This document shows positions 25,681-38,499 of a stretch of 64,000 bases of DNA, piece after piece. The DNA is from the human T2T-CHM13v2.0 reference genome, Homo sapiens. The stretch's first letter is position 1, and the number at the start of each line of letters is the position of its first letter. The position numbers were made by a program, and so were the translations under genes. The notes beneath the pieces were generated by a model that saw only the letters and a program-made list of their open reading frames with translations, did not search any database and was not told the origin of the DNA. The stretch lies in NCBI RefSeq assembly GCF_009914755.1, contig NC_060930.1. One strand, given 5' to 3'.

Positions 25681-26305
25681 TTGGTATTTTTTTTAATGTT
25701 TGATGAGTTTCTCCTTTTTAATAGGTATCTTGAGTTTTATCTAGTAGTTTTTTCTTTAACAAATATTAAAGTGAAAGGGTTTTTCTCCCAGTTATTAGTG
25801 ACAAAATGAGAGTGAAGCTAGTTTAGTGCAGGCACCCAGAAACTTTTCAAAATGAGTGTGTCTCCTTGCTAGTCCTTGCCCATCCCCCCTTTCCCAAACA
25901 CAGTCCTGTGTTTTTTTTGTTTTTTTTTTTTCTCGGAGATAGGATGATGACACATTGGTTCATAACAGCAGCACATCTGCTGCATATTATTGTGAAGATG
26001 TCATTGGAAGCCCAAGAATCTATAGGAATTGTTCAAATCCTTTGATCTTGAACCAGAAATCTTTCTTTGCCATTACTAAATAAAAATGTATTCCAGTTAG
26101 ACTCAGAACCATGAAATTTGATGTGACTTTATACTTGAAAATGTTTGCCTTCAAAAAAATTTTTTTAAGGAATATACATATATTGTTCAGTTGTTGTCTT
26201 TTAGGAGTCTATCAGTATCCACAGGGAAAACGTGTAACCTGGAAGAAAAGAAATTCCCACTAGAAGAGAAAGATGTACTTTCTGTGGTTGATTATTTTTT
26301 GTATT

Positions 26306-26763
26306 GGTATTTGTTTCCTAGGGCTGCCAGAACAAAGTACCACATGCTGGGTGGCATGAAATAACAGAAATGTATTCTCTCACACTTCTAGGGCTAGAAG
26401 TCTTAAATCATGATGTCAACAGGATTGGGTTCTACTTGAAGCTTTCAGGGAGAATCTGTTCCATGCTTCTCTTATAGCTTCTGGTGGTTGCTGGCAATTC
26501 TTGACATCCCTTGGCCTGGAGACCCATCATCTAATTTCTGTCATCATCTTCATATGGCATTCTCCTCTAAGTGTGTCTTTGTCCAAATTTCCCTTTCCTG
26601 ATAAGAACATCAGTCATTAGATTAAGGCCCACCCTAATCCAGTGTGGCCTCATCTTAATTTGATTACATGTGTAAAAACCCTATTTCCAAATAAAGGCAT
26701 GAGCAGGTGCCAAGGCTGAGAACATGAACATGTATTTTGAGGTGTGAAATTCAGCCCAAAATA
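26306..26763 (-). mobile_element. MaLR LTR, MLT1B/MLT1C-type
   Basis: TTTCCTAGGGCTGCCAGAACAAAGTACCAC...AACAGAAATGTATTCTCTCAC...GGAGAATCTGTTCCATGC...CCCTATTTCCAAATAA. Confidence 0.85.
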
Positions 26764-27379
26764 CCTGACCCCCAAAAGACTACATAGACCCCAAATTAAA
26801 CTTATCCATTAATGGCAGTGGTCTTCTCGACTTAAAATGATATTTTAAAATATTTTCCAGAAGTTAATTGTTAACTGGGACAGCAGCTCATTTAATAAAG
26901 AAAATTTCTTTTTAAAAAAACATTGTAATGTGAACTAAATACTTTAGAATATTTAATAAATTAATATATGTGGTTTATAAAACTGTGCCAATCACAGTTT
27001 ACAATAGCATAAGACAGAATTTTTAAAATGCCATTCCCTTAATATGTTGACTTTTGATGCACAGGTTTTACACAATGACACCTGCTTTTGAGTCCCAATG
27101 CTCTACATCAGAGGGAGAATTTTAAAAATTAAAATCATAGTTATTAATGAGGCTTCTAATTTTTGGCATTTGATTCAATTTCTTCTTCAGCAAAACTTTT
27201 TATAAGAGCTATACTAAGTAAAAAGATTGATAAATTTTATGCTTCACGTTTTTTTTATTTTCCCTGGGATGGGTTGCTAACACAAAGCTGATAGGACGTC
27301 AAAAAATTGAGCAACTTGACATCTAGATAATCAGCTCCATGAAAATCTAAGCAAAACTGAGTAATGAAAAAAGGATGGG

Positions 27380-27805
27380 TGATACTGTTTGGGTGTGTGT
27401 CCCTTCAAAATCTCATGCTGAAATTGGATCCCTAATGTTGGAGGTGGGGCCTAGTGGGTGGTGTTTGGGTCATGGAGGCAGATCCTTCATTAATAGATTA
27501 ATGTCCTCCCTGGGTGTGGCACAAGAGTGACTTTCACTCTATTAGTTGCTGCAAGAGCTAGTTGGTGAAAAAAAAGCCTGGCACCTCACTTCTCTCTCGC
27601 TTCCTCTTTTGCCGTGTGATCTTCACACACACTTTGCTTTCCCCCATGAGCAGAAGCCGCCTGAGGTCCTCACCAGAAGCTGAACAGATGTCAGCACCAT
27701 GCTTCATGTATAGCCTGCAGAACTGTGAGCCACATAAACCACTTGTCTTTATAAATTACTCAGCCTCAGATATTTCTGTATAGCAATGCTAAATGAACTA
27801 AGACA
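27380..27805 (+). mobile_element. MaLR solo LTR, MST-type (MSTB-like)
   Basis: TGATACTGTTTGG...AATCTCATGCTGAAA...GGAGGTGGGGCC...CCTGCAGAACTGTGAGCC...ACTAAGACA. 5-bp TSD ATGGG/GTGGG. Confidence 0.88.
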
Positions 27806-27814
27806 GTGGGATCC

Positions 27815-28000
27815 CGCTTAGAGCTGAGTTCAAATCCCTGTTCATTCTTTCATTAACTACATAACTTTGAGCAAGTTGTTTAATCTATTTTAGTCCCTAT
27901 ATCCTTATATCATTTTAATCCCTATTGTTGTGGGGACATTAAAGAAAAAGCAAATATAAAGCAGTGGGCACAAATTAGGTGCCTAGTTAGTGCTTTCTCC
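27815..28000 (+). mobile_element. MIR SINE
   Basis: GAGTTCAAATCCC...AACTTTGAGCAAGTTGTTTAATCT...TTGTTGTGGGGAC. Confidence 0.55.
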
Positions 28001-29067
28001 TGATTCCAAGTGTTAATCATTCCAAGCCTTTGGTGTTTGCCTCAGTTAATAAGAATCTCAGTGTCTGTCAGCTCAGACCTTAAATAAATATTGTCTATAA
28101 AGCAAAAGAATACACAATGCAATTCTGATTCCAAAAAGCACCTTTTTAATCTAGTCAGCGTAGTTTAATAAATAGATTTTATTGCCAAAAATAAAAACAT
28201 TATATTAACTGTGTGTAAAAACAGGGTAGTGTAGTAATAATACCTACCCATAACCAGAAAAGTGAGAGTCACAGAATCAATCTGTGAACTCCATACAGCA
28301 AAATGAACAAGACGTTCATGACAGAATTATGTTGACTAATAAATATATTCTCTCAGGTTGGTCTTTTCCTTGCTTATGTTAGAAACAAGGTGTGCAGATG
28401 CCTCATGTGTGTTCTCTCTATTTCACTTTTCCCTCCGTCAAACCTCCTGAAGCAATAAAACAGCTAACTTCACCTTCCTCAATGATCCTTTTATCTCATC
28501 ACTGCAGTTATCCTTTCTGTCAAATTACAAATAATGCTCACAAATTTTAACCCACCAGCCAGAATGGCCCCAGTTCTAACCCAACTCAGAAACTAGCCTG
28601 AATAGTCACCCTTCTTAGAGAACTCTTCCATTTTTATCTCTGGGATATTTTGCATCTCATGCTGTATAACTATTAGTGTAGTTTTTGAAATGGATTTTAT
28701 TATAAATAATAAAAGCTTTACAATAACATTGCACAAAACTACACTGCCAAAGTGGTAATTCATCACCATAAGCAGCAGAGTAAAAACAAAAAACAAACAA
28801 ACAAACAAAAAATCCCAGAAAATTACATGTCTCCCTTCAAGATCTGCCTACAACTCTCTTCCACAGAGGTTTTCTAGACACTCTGTCACTGGCTGTGATC
28901 CCAGACATGCCCTCACTTCTCATGAAGCCTCCTACCCCTGCAGTACTTGGCACTTATTCCAGCTATGTCTGTGGTTGGTGGGATGCATGCTTACATTTGT
29001 CCATTCTTTGCAGGTGCTTTTCTGTGTTATGTTTATGGACTTTTCTATACTGTCCCCCATTAAAAGG

Positions 29068-29070
<3 letters not shown>

Positions 29071-29108
<38 letters not shown>
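29071..29108. repeat. (TG)19 microsatellite
   Basis: Read directly from the sequence. Confidence 0.97.
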
Positions 29109-29110
<2 letters not shown>

Positions 29111-30747
29111 TGCACGTGTGTGCGCGACTTTTCTGTTCTGCCATTTTCTAAACACATAGTAACTGCAGATTCCTAGAGGACCTGTGGATCAAGAATGCTT
29201 CTCTTGTACTGGTTATTGATGTGCCCAGATAAATATTGGATACCTTCCCTAAAAGAGGCTTATAATCTAATGTGATTAAACATATTTTAAACGGTACATA
29301 GCAGTCAACAGAGTCATTATATTTCAGTTGTTAGCAGCATGTTTATTTGATCTGAAACACATATCTATAAAGTAACCTCTGTAAGTGAAAGAACAAAGGA
29401 ACATAATATTCTCCCATTTTGTAGTTTTAAAAGCTGTGCACCATCTTTCTTTTTGAATTGCTGCCCCATCATGTTTGAGAAGAGTTGGCTGTTTCCTGCT
29501 TAGCTCCATTCATTTCCTTGACATCCTTTGATTCGGGCCTGGCTCCCTAGCCGCAATCCTTCCTTGTCACAGAGGTCCTGCCAGTGCAGCTCATTCAGTA
29601 GCCATCATCACAGTGAACTCTATCCCAGCAGCTCCAGATGGAAGATGGGGATAAACAGCTCCCCCCAGAGTGTTCTTCGATGTGATGCCATCAATCAACC
29701 TGCAGCTGGGACCAAAGAACCACTCAGTGATGGAGCCAGTGACTTCCTGCCAAAAACATAGCACATTTCTTAGTGCCCAGCTTCCTCCAAAAGAGGGATG
29801 TCATACCACATATTTTAGCATTCAAGAAGCCCTCAATACCTAAGATTTATGTCCAACTGTATGTAATCATGACCATTAATATTCTTTCAGGTTTGATTTT
29901 TTTAAGTATAACAGATACTCAATGTGGTAACTGTATCCATTTTACTTCCCTCTGGAAAGGAGAATTGTCTTGTTTGCTTGTTTCTTTAATAAATCACAAT
30001 ATAGAAAATCAAATAATCAGCTATTTTCCAAAGCTAGTTAGTACATTAAATTATTTTTATGATGCATTCCTGTTATCCTGTTACAGAGAGTGTTAGCATC
30101 TGCTGGCTGATGACGTGCAGCAGTGGTAAGCGGTTCATTTTTGTCTGCAAGTAGCAGACAGAGGGTGGTCCTTCTTTAAGCCAAGATCAAAATTGATAGT
30201 GAACAGTTGGAACTCTGCAGCACAAGAGGCTTGGCACCCACACACTGTAGGGTAAACATCCTTGTGTTGCCTGCCAGGGATCCATCCCTCTCCACCATAA
30301 TGTGGGAAGGAGGGTGGTGCTGTAAAACATCACCATGGGCTATATGGGTAAAGAATAACCATCAGTGAAAAATATTAAACTTCATATATAATTACAGTTT
30401 CCACACAAACATGTTAAGTCAAGTCATGGCACTTGCTTCTACTTACTAACATTATTTAGGTTAGGCTGATAAAAGTCATTTTCTTGGAATAAAGACTGTG
30501 GTATTTAAGAATATCCTCCCCCAAATTGTGTATAGCTTCCCTTCTATTCTCTTCTCTAAGATGCTTTGAGTCTCCCTCTCCCAACGTCCTAATTTGCAAG
30601 CAGTAGGAGAATTCTCCTGAGCTCTGCAAATCATCCATTTCTGGTTCTATAAACTAAATTTCCTTTTCTCTGGTTAAAGAAGAAGAAATCAGTCCACATA
30701 CAGATAAAGAATGTCTATTTTTACAAATGTTTTTTCCATTTCTACTT

Positions 30748-30773
30748 ACACACACACACACACACACACACAC
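30748..30773. repeat. (AC)13 microsatellite
   Basis: Read directly from the sequence. Confidence 0.95.
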
Positions 30774-31838
30774 TTGCTTCCACCTAATTTCTGCTTCAAA
30801 AGAGAGAGGAAATTCTAGGGAAATTAGACACATTAATTTCACATGATTGTGTGCGTCTGTTAATGCACATGAGAGATTCCAGGTGGGAGTAAAAGCATAT
30901 AGAATCAGAGAGCTTGGATTGAGTTGCATGATAAGAAGGCACAAAGATCAGCTTATGATATTTGGGAGTTGTTCATGTCAGCATCTTCACTTTCCACAGG
31001 TGATAAACTGATGCCCACAGACATAACATTAGTTGCTCCATGAAGTCACACTGAACAGGCCAAAGACTTTGGATCATTAAGTTATGTCATAGCCAATAGC
31101 TGAAATGAAAACTTCATGAAATCATTTGGGAAAAATTGTTCTCTCAAGACAATATATAATTACTTATTCACTCCTTCTATTAGCATCTCTTGAGCAACTA
31201 GTATGTTCAAGTAATTATGTGGCTTATGAAAACATGATTGAGTCCCTTGCATCAAAAGAGAGATAAGCCTAGAAACAACTATAATATAAGGCAGACAATA
31301 AACCCAAGATGTATGTAAGTTAAAACTCACTACTTAGCATTCTTATATCAAGGCAATAACCCATCTGATAAGGGAAACAATAGAATATGAGATATAAATT
31401 TGGGAAATCTCTGAGATTCTATTATATACAAGCCATTTAGATTCAGGTCAATTAAACATGACTCAATATATTATATTGCATTCAAATTCTTCAACAATTT
31501 CCATTACAGGGACTTAGTACAATATCTAAAAATAATTTACACATAAATTCTAAATATCCACTTTCAAGGTGAAAAATATACCCCTCTTGATGGGTGCTGG
31601 ATAATTGTTTTATAAATTCCAAGGTGCTAGATTATGCATAAAGTGGACTTGTCCTAGAAATTGATCCCTAAAGAAAGTACATGCTCTTTTATTTAAAACA
31701 TTTTTATGAAAATCTCTGTAAGCTTAAGGTTCTTTGATAAATTATGTATATTTTACATTCTCACAATGAGAGTTTAGAAAAAGATCAGGCCTTTGTTTAG
31801 GGCACCTTTTTATTAGATGAGAACCAACAGAAATAATC

Positions 31839-32088
31839 TTTTTTTTTTTTTTTTTTGAGACGGAGTCTCGCTCTATCACCCAGGTTGGAGTGCAGTAGCA
31901 TGATCTCATCTCAGAGTAGCTGGGACTACATGCACACACTGCCACGCCTGGCTAATTTTTTGTATCTTAGTAGAGATGGGGTTTCACCAAGTTGCCCAAG
32001 TTGGTCTCGAACACTTGAGCTCAGGCAATCCACCCGCCTTGGCCTCTCAATCTGCTAGGATTATATGCGTGAGCCACTGCGCCCGGCC
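31839..32088 (-). mobile_element. Alu SINE (AluS-type) with ~50-bp right-arm deletion
   Basis: Poly(T) then GAGACGGAGTCTCGCT...GCGCCCGGCC. TSD CAGAAATAATCT / CAGAAATGATTT. Junction ATCTCA|GAGTAGCTGG at 31913/31914. Confidence 0.95.
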
Positions 32089-35000
32089 CAGAAATGATTT
32101 TCTGTTACACAAACCCCTTTCACATTCTCTGACATAGGATTGCACCAATCTGCACTTTTCCTGGCTGAACACCTTTGCTTAACACTTCCAGAAGTCAAGA
32201 GGTTGTGTTGCTTCGAGTAGGCACTGCCACTTGGACCTTTGCTGATTCAGAGCACGAAAGCCTCAAAACGTTGATGTAGAGGCAAAATGTGTTAAAACTC
32301 AAACAAAATGTGTTAAAGTCATTTACAGACTAAGAGGATCAGGCTAAAGATTGTCTATTGATGAAACATCTACATACAATATCTCATTTTGTCTTCACAA
32401 TGGCCCTGTGAGATAAAGTACTAGACAAGTACTAGAAATCCTGCCTCAAGATGAGAAAAAAGAATTCCTTGACTATAATTCCAAAAAAGGCCAAGGGAAA
32501 ACTGAGCCTCAATTCTAGGCCTTCTGACTGCCAAGCCTCTCTTCCCACCACACCATATATTAAACAAAAGGCAAACTTTGTTCATTATCACATTTTTAAA
32601 ACTTGACAAGAACTTAAGAGTCTTGTCAGATTTTATAGTCTGTGCCAGATTTCATATGATTATATTAAAGTGACACAAAAGAAGTATGAATTCAATTCTT
32701 AGCCAGAATATTTTCATTGAGGTAAGAAGCCAAGACATTTATAAACAGAATTCTTAGTGAATAAGTAAATATAAAATAGGTTGCTAATTATGGAGTACAG
32801 TCAATAAATACAATAGGTAAAAACAAATGTGAAAGTTCAACCACAACATGAAACACAGCTCCCGTGTGAGAATAGATTGATGGCTCCCACTAGCACTTGA
32901 AGATGGAAATTGTTTGACTCTTTCATTTAGGGAGGAGGGCAGGGAACAGGATTAGCAGTGGACAAAGCTCTAGATACAGATACGCTGCCTAGAAACCCTA
33001 TTGCCGTTTGGTTTCTCACTGCTGAAAATTTACAGATACAAGAAAAAGTGAAGCAGAAATGCAATGTAAATTATTGAAGTGGTGCTGCCGTTTCCCGAAG
33101 CAGCTGGGATGGTCTGTCCATAAAACATTAACATGACATTTCTGAGTTTTGACAGGTCGTTTGGAAAAGAAAGGGTAAAAAATACACAAGCCCTTTGGTG
33201 GGAATGGAGACATTTGTTCAGATAAAAACAAACAAGCACTATGGCTGGTCTGCATGCCAGCTTCCACTGAAAAACAGGAAGAAAACATGAAAATTTAAAG
33301 CCCAACACTGAAACGGATTAAACTTGATTTGTTCACTATACTAACAGGCAGGATTAGAAGCATCCACAGCTTTTCTCTACTCTTTCAAGAAAGATGCCCT
33401 GCTGCCTAAACTGTGCTCAGCATTTAATTTATGCCCCTAGAAAATAATTGAGCTGCATGTCCTTTGTACACAATGAATTAATGTGTTTATTCATTGTGAC
33501 TAGAGAGGATACAGGATAAAAAGTGTTAGTTTCCTTAGGTAGCAAAAAAAAAAAAAAAAGATTTCTCTCAGTACTGGTTTATAGGCAGGGCCAGCCTTAA
33601 TTTCATGTAGACCATCATGAAGGATATTGACAAAAGACCACCTGCCACAGAATATGTCCTCCACCAAATAATCACCCCTAGAAACCAGAATCATTTTTTG
33701 GATGTAGGCACTGAAGTTCCAAGAAGTCCTCATCTTTAATGAGAACACATTTGTTGCAGTAAACATACCATAATGCTCTGAGTGTGAATCCATTGGCCCC
33801 TAGTCCCATTTCTATACAAACAATCTATACATATATACACAGCATTTGGGATTTTTAAAATATAGCTCAGCCGTGTTATAATTTCTCAAAGAAAAGTTTT
33901 ATTAATGTCAAAATATCTTTCTTTAGAATATTGTCTACAAAATTTGCAAAATCAGGGCATTCATTGAAATAAACAGCAAGATGTGGTGAGATAATTTTGT
34001 AGACAAATGTTCTGCCACATTGGTATAAAAATTGGCAGCAGGGCAATGCGATTCTTCAAATTCTCCTTATATAAAAAGTAAGCCAAAGGAGAAAGTCAAA
34101 TTACAAATAAGTAGGTTAGAAATTATTATGATTCTAAATGCTAACACCCTACAGTGAAATTTTTTTCTTGCAATTTTTACAAGCGCATGTAACTAAAATT
34201 GATAAACTAGATTAGATTCATGGTTCCTCCATTTTTGTACCTTTTTCTGAGAGTCACACCAAGATAGGTTCATGGGAGATGTGATTGTTCCACAGAAATC
34301 AACTAATAAAATGTAACTGATATACTTCGAATAGCTTAAGCTTCCTTAAATTACTTATTATGGTTCAAAAAATGACTTATTTAGACTTTCTGTGGAGTTA
34401 TTTATATTTCATATCTTCTCACTGCTTTAATAAGCATAAATAACCAGAAGTGTTCACAAATTATAGATGCAGATAGGCTATGTGTTTCACACTGGAGTCA
34501 GTTTTCTATGTCTTTCCAGGATTTGGTTTCCTGATACAATGGCACTCCAAGAACTAGAGTTCGGGCCATATACTGCATGCCTATGTGTTCAGCCTTGTCC
34601 AAGCCTTAAGAATAATTTGACTCCAGTGCAGGAATAATATGATCATCTATAAACCAATATTTGAATTGACAGCTAATCCTCTCTTTTATTCTTACATCAT
34701 ATTCTAGCAGCAGTTAAGTAATTGCCTTAGGCCCAAGATCCTGGGATAGGCCTCCCAGCATCCTTTCCTTGCCTCTCTGTCTCTCCATTTTTCCCCTCAC
34801 TCCTTCCCAGTTCTGTCTTGGGGCTACAGTCTTGTTTCTCAACCTCAGTTCTCATAATTCTTTCTGTATTGTCTCTGCCAGTAGCTCCTTGAAGTAATGT
34901 AAGACTCATTCATCTATAACATAATTTCACCTCGTAGCTCCTGCTGAACCCCACCCTAATGCTGTGCCAAGAGGATTCCTCTGTTCAGTCCTAGACTTCT

Positions 35001-35314
35001 GAGATTTGGTGTTAGCGCCCATGTGCTTGTTGGGGCAATAAGTTCTAAATAGATGCCACTGACATCTTTATATTACATCCTTACATTTACATGAAACTTA
35101 CCTCTAACGGGTTAAAATAGACAGTCCCTTGTACTTGGGATTGGAATTTCATGAATGACACTTATTTCTTTCCTTTATGTTTCCTTTAACTATTTCCCCT
35201 CCAGCTTGGCTGACAAAACTAAGCAACTCTAATTTTTTCAAGGTTCTCCTTGCCATCCAGCTCTCTCACACTTTAGCTGCACTTTTCAAGTCCTTATTCA
35301 ATCCACTTATGCTC

Positions 35315-35420
35315 CACCATCATGACCTAATTACCTCTTAACGGGAGGGTGGGACCATCACACTGGTGATTAAACTTCTACATATGAATTTGGGGGGACA
35401 CAAACATTTAGTTCATAGCA
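35315..35420 (-). mobile_element. 5' fragment of an MST/MLT1A-type LTR
   Basis: CATGACCTAATTACCTC...ACATATGAATTTGGGGGGACACAAACATTTAGTTCATAGCA. Confidence 0.7.
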
Positions 35421-37069
35421 GTGCTACAGGAAAAAAGAAAAAGTCATATTACTATCTACAGAATTTATAACTGATTTTAATAACAAGTATCACTTATATT
35501 TTATGAAAAATTTCTAGAAACTTGAACAGGAAATTTGTTAAAAGGGGGCAAATTTTCCAGTTCAGTGACTACCAGGTATCTGGACATTTGTAATTAGGAT
35601 CTCCTGAGATGAATTTTCTTTAATGGGAATCAGACATCTCTCAGCCTCCCCAGTCTGGCTGTAATAGTTTCCAATTTTCTTATTAAATATTATGTTTTGA
35701 ATTTCTACATATTGCTTATTGGTGTCATTATGTGTGACTCTTATTTTACAAGCTCTTAGGAGAATTAAGAAAATAACTTTTATTTGGATGTGTACAATCA
35801 AAATATAACTGATAATTTTTTCTTTTCCATTTTGAAAGAGAAAAAAAGAGAGAAACATGGGTATATGGACACAGAGATGAAGATATAGAAATAGAAGTGG
35901 AGAGGCCAGTGCAGACAGAGTTAGATAAGTGTTGACTACCATTGCCCAGTCTAGTTAAACAGGCTGTTGGTAAAAGGAAGAGGTACTAATGGCCATCGTG
36001 ATTTGACACAGACAAATATGACATGACATATTGTGGCCACTAAGCTATTGGCTACTTCACTACATTTTAAACAAGGACCCAGATTCTTTGTTCTACCAAG
36101 AACAAATGACATATACCTTGAGTACCACAGAAAGACTGGAAAGAAAGGGAAAAAGTGAGAGACTCACTAAACAGGTGAAGGAGAGAAAGGTATATAGAAC
36201 TAAAGAGAAAGAGAGAAGAGAATGTGGAGAGGAGGCAGAGATTATAAAAGAGAAGATGGTATATGAGGCCCAGAAAATTCCGGAAGGGTTGAGTAAACTT
36301 GTCTTGACACATCCCCAATTCATCTAGGAGGTAGGTTGTTTGAACTTTCAGCTTCCCTTTATCCTTGTCACTTCTACAATAACCAAATGAACAATATTTG
36401 AAGGAAATTATGCTTCCAACTGAACAGCAGTGACCAAACACTAGGGGACAAAGATATCAGTCAAGGACTGACCCCTCCAGATACCCATGTACCCCTCCTC
36501 CCCACTGGATGCACCTATTGCTCTTCTCCTGGCTATTTTAAACAGCAGTACATGAAGCAGCTGGAGAGAGACAGGAAGGTGGCTTGTGTTGGGATTCCTA
36601 GTAACTGAGATAATTTTTTTTCCTTTAGAGAGGCAAATTAACACAACGGCCAAAACCCTAGACTAAACATCAGAGGCCAGCTAATAATCCTTAACCCACC
36701 ACCTGCCCACTTGCAAGTCACTTAACCTCCTCGAGTAAAATTTAGCTATAAAAGGGGGCTAATTATTTTAATGAACAAATAACTTCTGTGTTAAAAGCTG
36801 TTTTAAAAGTATGCAATGTTATAGCAATTTAACAAATTAGCAATAATGAAATGATGAGTCAAATAGCGGTTTCCAAATGTGGTTAACTTTAATGCCTTAG
36901 CAATTGCATACGGCCTTTGAGGTTAGTGGCATACACACACACACAAACCTGAATGCTGTCATATCACAATTTTAGAAAAACTACAATAAGTGTTCTTGAA
37001 AAGTAATGTTCTCGTACATTTTGTTGGTATAAGGAAGATACATAAGAGAAAAACAGAAAATTGTGTGGA

Positions 37070-37262
37070 AAGGTTGATTAATGGGTACAAATATACAGTT
37101 TGATAGAAAAAATAAGACCTAGTGTTTGAAGACCAATAGGGTGACCATAGTTCACAATAATTTATTGTGTATCTCAAAATAGCTAGAAGAGAGTAGTTCA
37201 AATGTTTCTAGCATAAAGACAAATATATAAGGTGATGGATATCCCAAGTACACTGATTTGAA
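37070..37262 (+). mobile_element. L1MA-type LINE 3' UTR fragment
   Basis: AATGGGTACAAATATACAGTTTGATAGAA...AATAAGACCTAGTG...CAAAATAGCTAGAAGAGAG...GGTGATGGATATCCCAA. Confidence 0.8.
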
Positions 37263-38200
37263 ATAGATAAATAATTATTTTAAAAGAAAATCATAGCTAT
37301 GTAATGGGAAATCAACTTTGTGGTTCTTATCTTTGCTTTTGCTTCTTGTTTGCAAGAGAAGTTCAAGAAATCATGGGTACAAGGTTACATTTACTGCAGA
37401 ATTTGCAAGCATAAATGCTCAGGTAGGTAGGGAGGAAATATCATACATAAGAGGAAAACAGCCAAAAATTTTAAATTATATTCTTGGTAACTCATTAATA
37501 CAGAATCATATGTACAGTGTTGCAGCTTCTCTTATGAGATAAAAAAAAAATTCACTTCAAGTGTTTGACACACCCTCAAAATGCTGGTAATTAGTATAAT
37601 GGCTTTTGCCAAAGAATGGAACATATGCAAGATCGTACATAGTGTGTTTATAATTATTCATATCAAAAGGAGTGCCAGGGTGAACCCAGCTGAGCAGTGT
37701 GAGAGGCAGCTCCCTATGGTGAGGCGACAGTAGTTTGGTTCCTTCTTTTTCAGGGATAGCGTGCCCCAGTTGGTATCAGAAGGCTTCCTCATTGTTATCG
37801 CTTGTTCCTGCCTCCAGGACAGCCCCTTCCACAGGCCCCCCACCGTGGGGCCTTCCATCCTGCAATGAGCCATCTGGAGAAGAAAGCCTGGCCCAACTCC
37901 CTCTGGAAGTTGTTAGCTCTGTGTCATAGTTGGCTCCTAGGGCCTCCAGGGAGATGACCCGTTCACGGGCTTTCTTCCCATGTCAGGAAGCTGATTGTAC
38001 CCTTCTCGCTACACTGTCAGCCTCTACTCGTTCTCCAAATTATAGAACAACTCTCTAAAGCAGACATGGGCTTCCCATGGGAAATGTAGGCTGCTACCCT
38101 GAAATTTCTTCTTAACAAGCATCAGGACCTAGCGGCTAAATTTAAGGAGAGAAACAAATGCCACCTTATTTTCTCTGGGTAGCTTTCAGAAATTTTTAAA

Positions 38201-38203
<3 letters not shown>

Positions 38204-38240
<37 letters not shown>

Positions 38241-38245
38241 TATAA
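38204..38245. repeat. (AT)n microsatellite / AT-rich low-complexity tract
   Basis: (AT)14 followed by a degenerate AT run. Confidence 0.9.
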
Positions 38246-38466
38246 TATAGATATATGAAAAATTTAAATTCATTTATATGTATATATCTTTATATTTTAT
38301 ATGGAAAGAGACCGAATAATAAAACAAGCCACACAAATCTCTCAATGCAGTAGTCTAAAACCATGAATTTGTGAGTTAGAAAGACTTGTGTGTTTCAACA
38401 CTGACTAGCTCTGTGATCTCAGGCAAGTTACCTAACTTTGCTGTTCCTCTGCTCTTGCATTTGTAA

Positions 38467-38468
<2 letters not shown>

Positions 38469-38498
<30 letters not shown>
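38469..38498. repeat. (GT)15 microsatellite inside a MIR (approx. 38350-38560)
   Basis: Repeat read directly; MIR core CTGTGATCTCAGGCAAGTTACCTAAC lies upstream. Confidence 0.9.

Positions 38499-38499
<1 letters not shown>

Noticed and set aside
32283-32317. 14-bp direct repeat CAAAATGTGTTAAA (and similar short echoes at ~21130 and ~22765)
   Set aside because: Ordinary short slippage duplications in AT-rich DNA.
36031-36441. Charged 98-aa ORF and antisense 124-aa ORF
   Set aside because: Purine-rich low-complexity sequence, no ATG-context or splice support, no recognisable domain.
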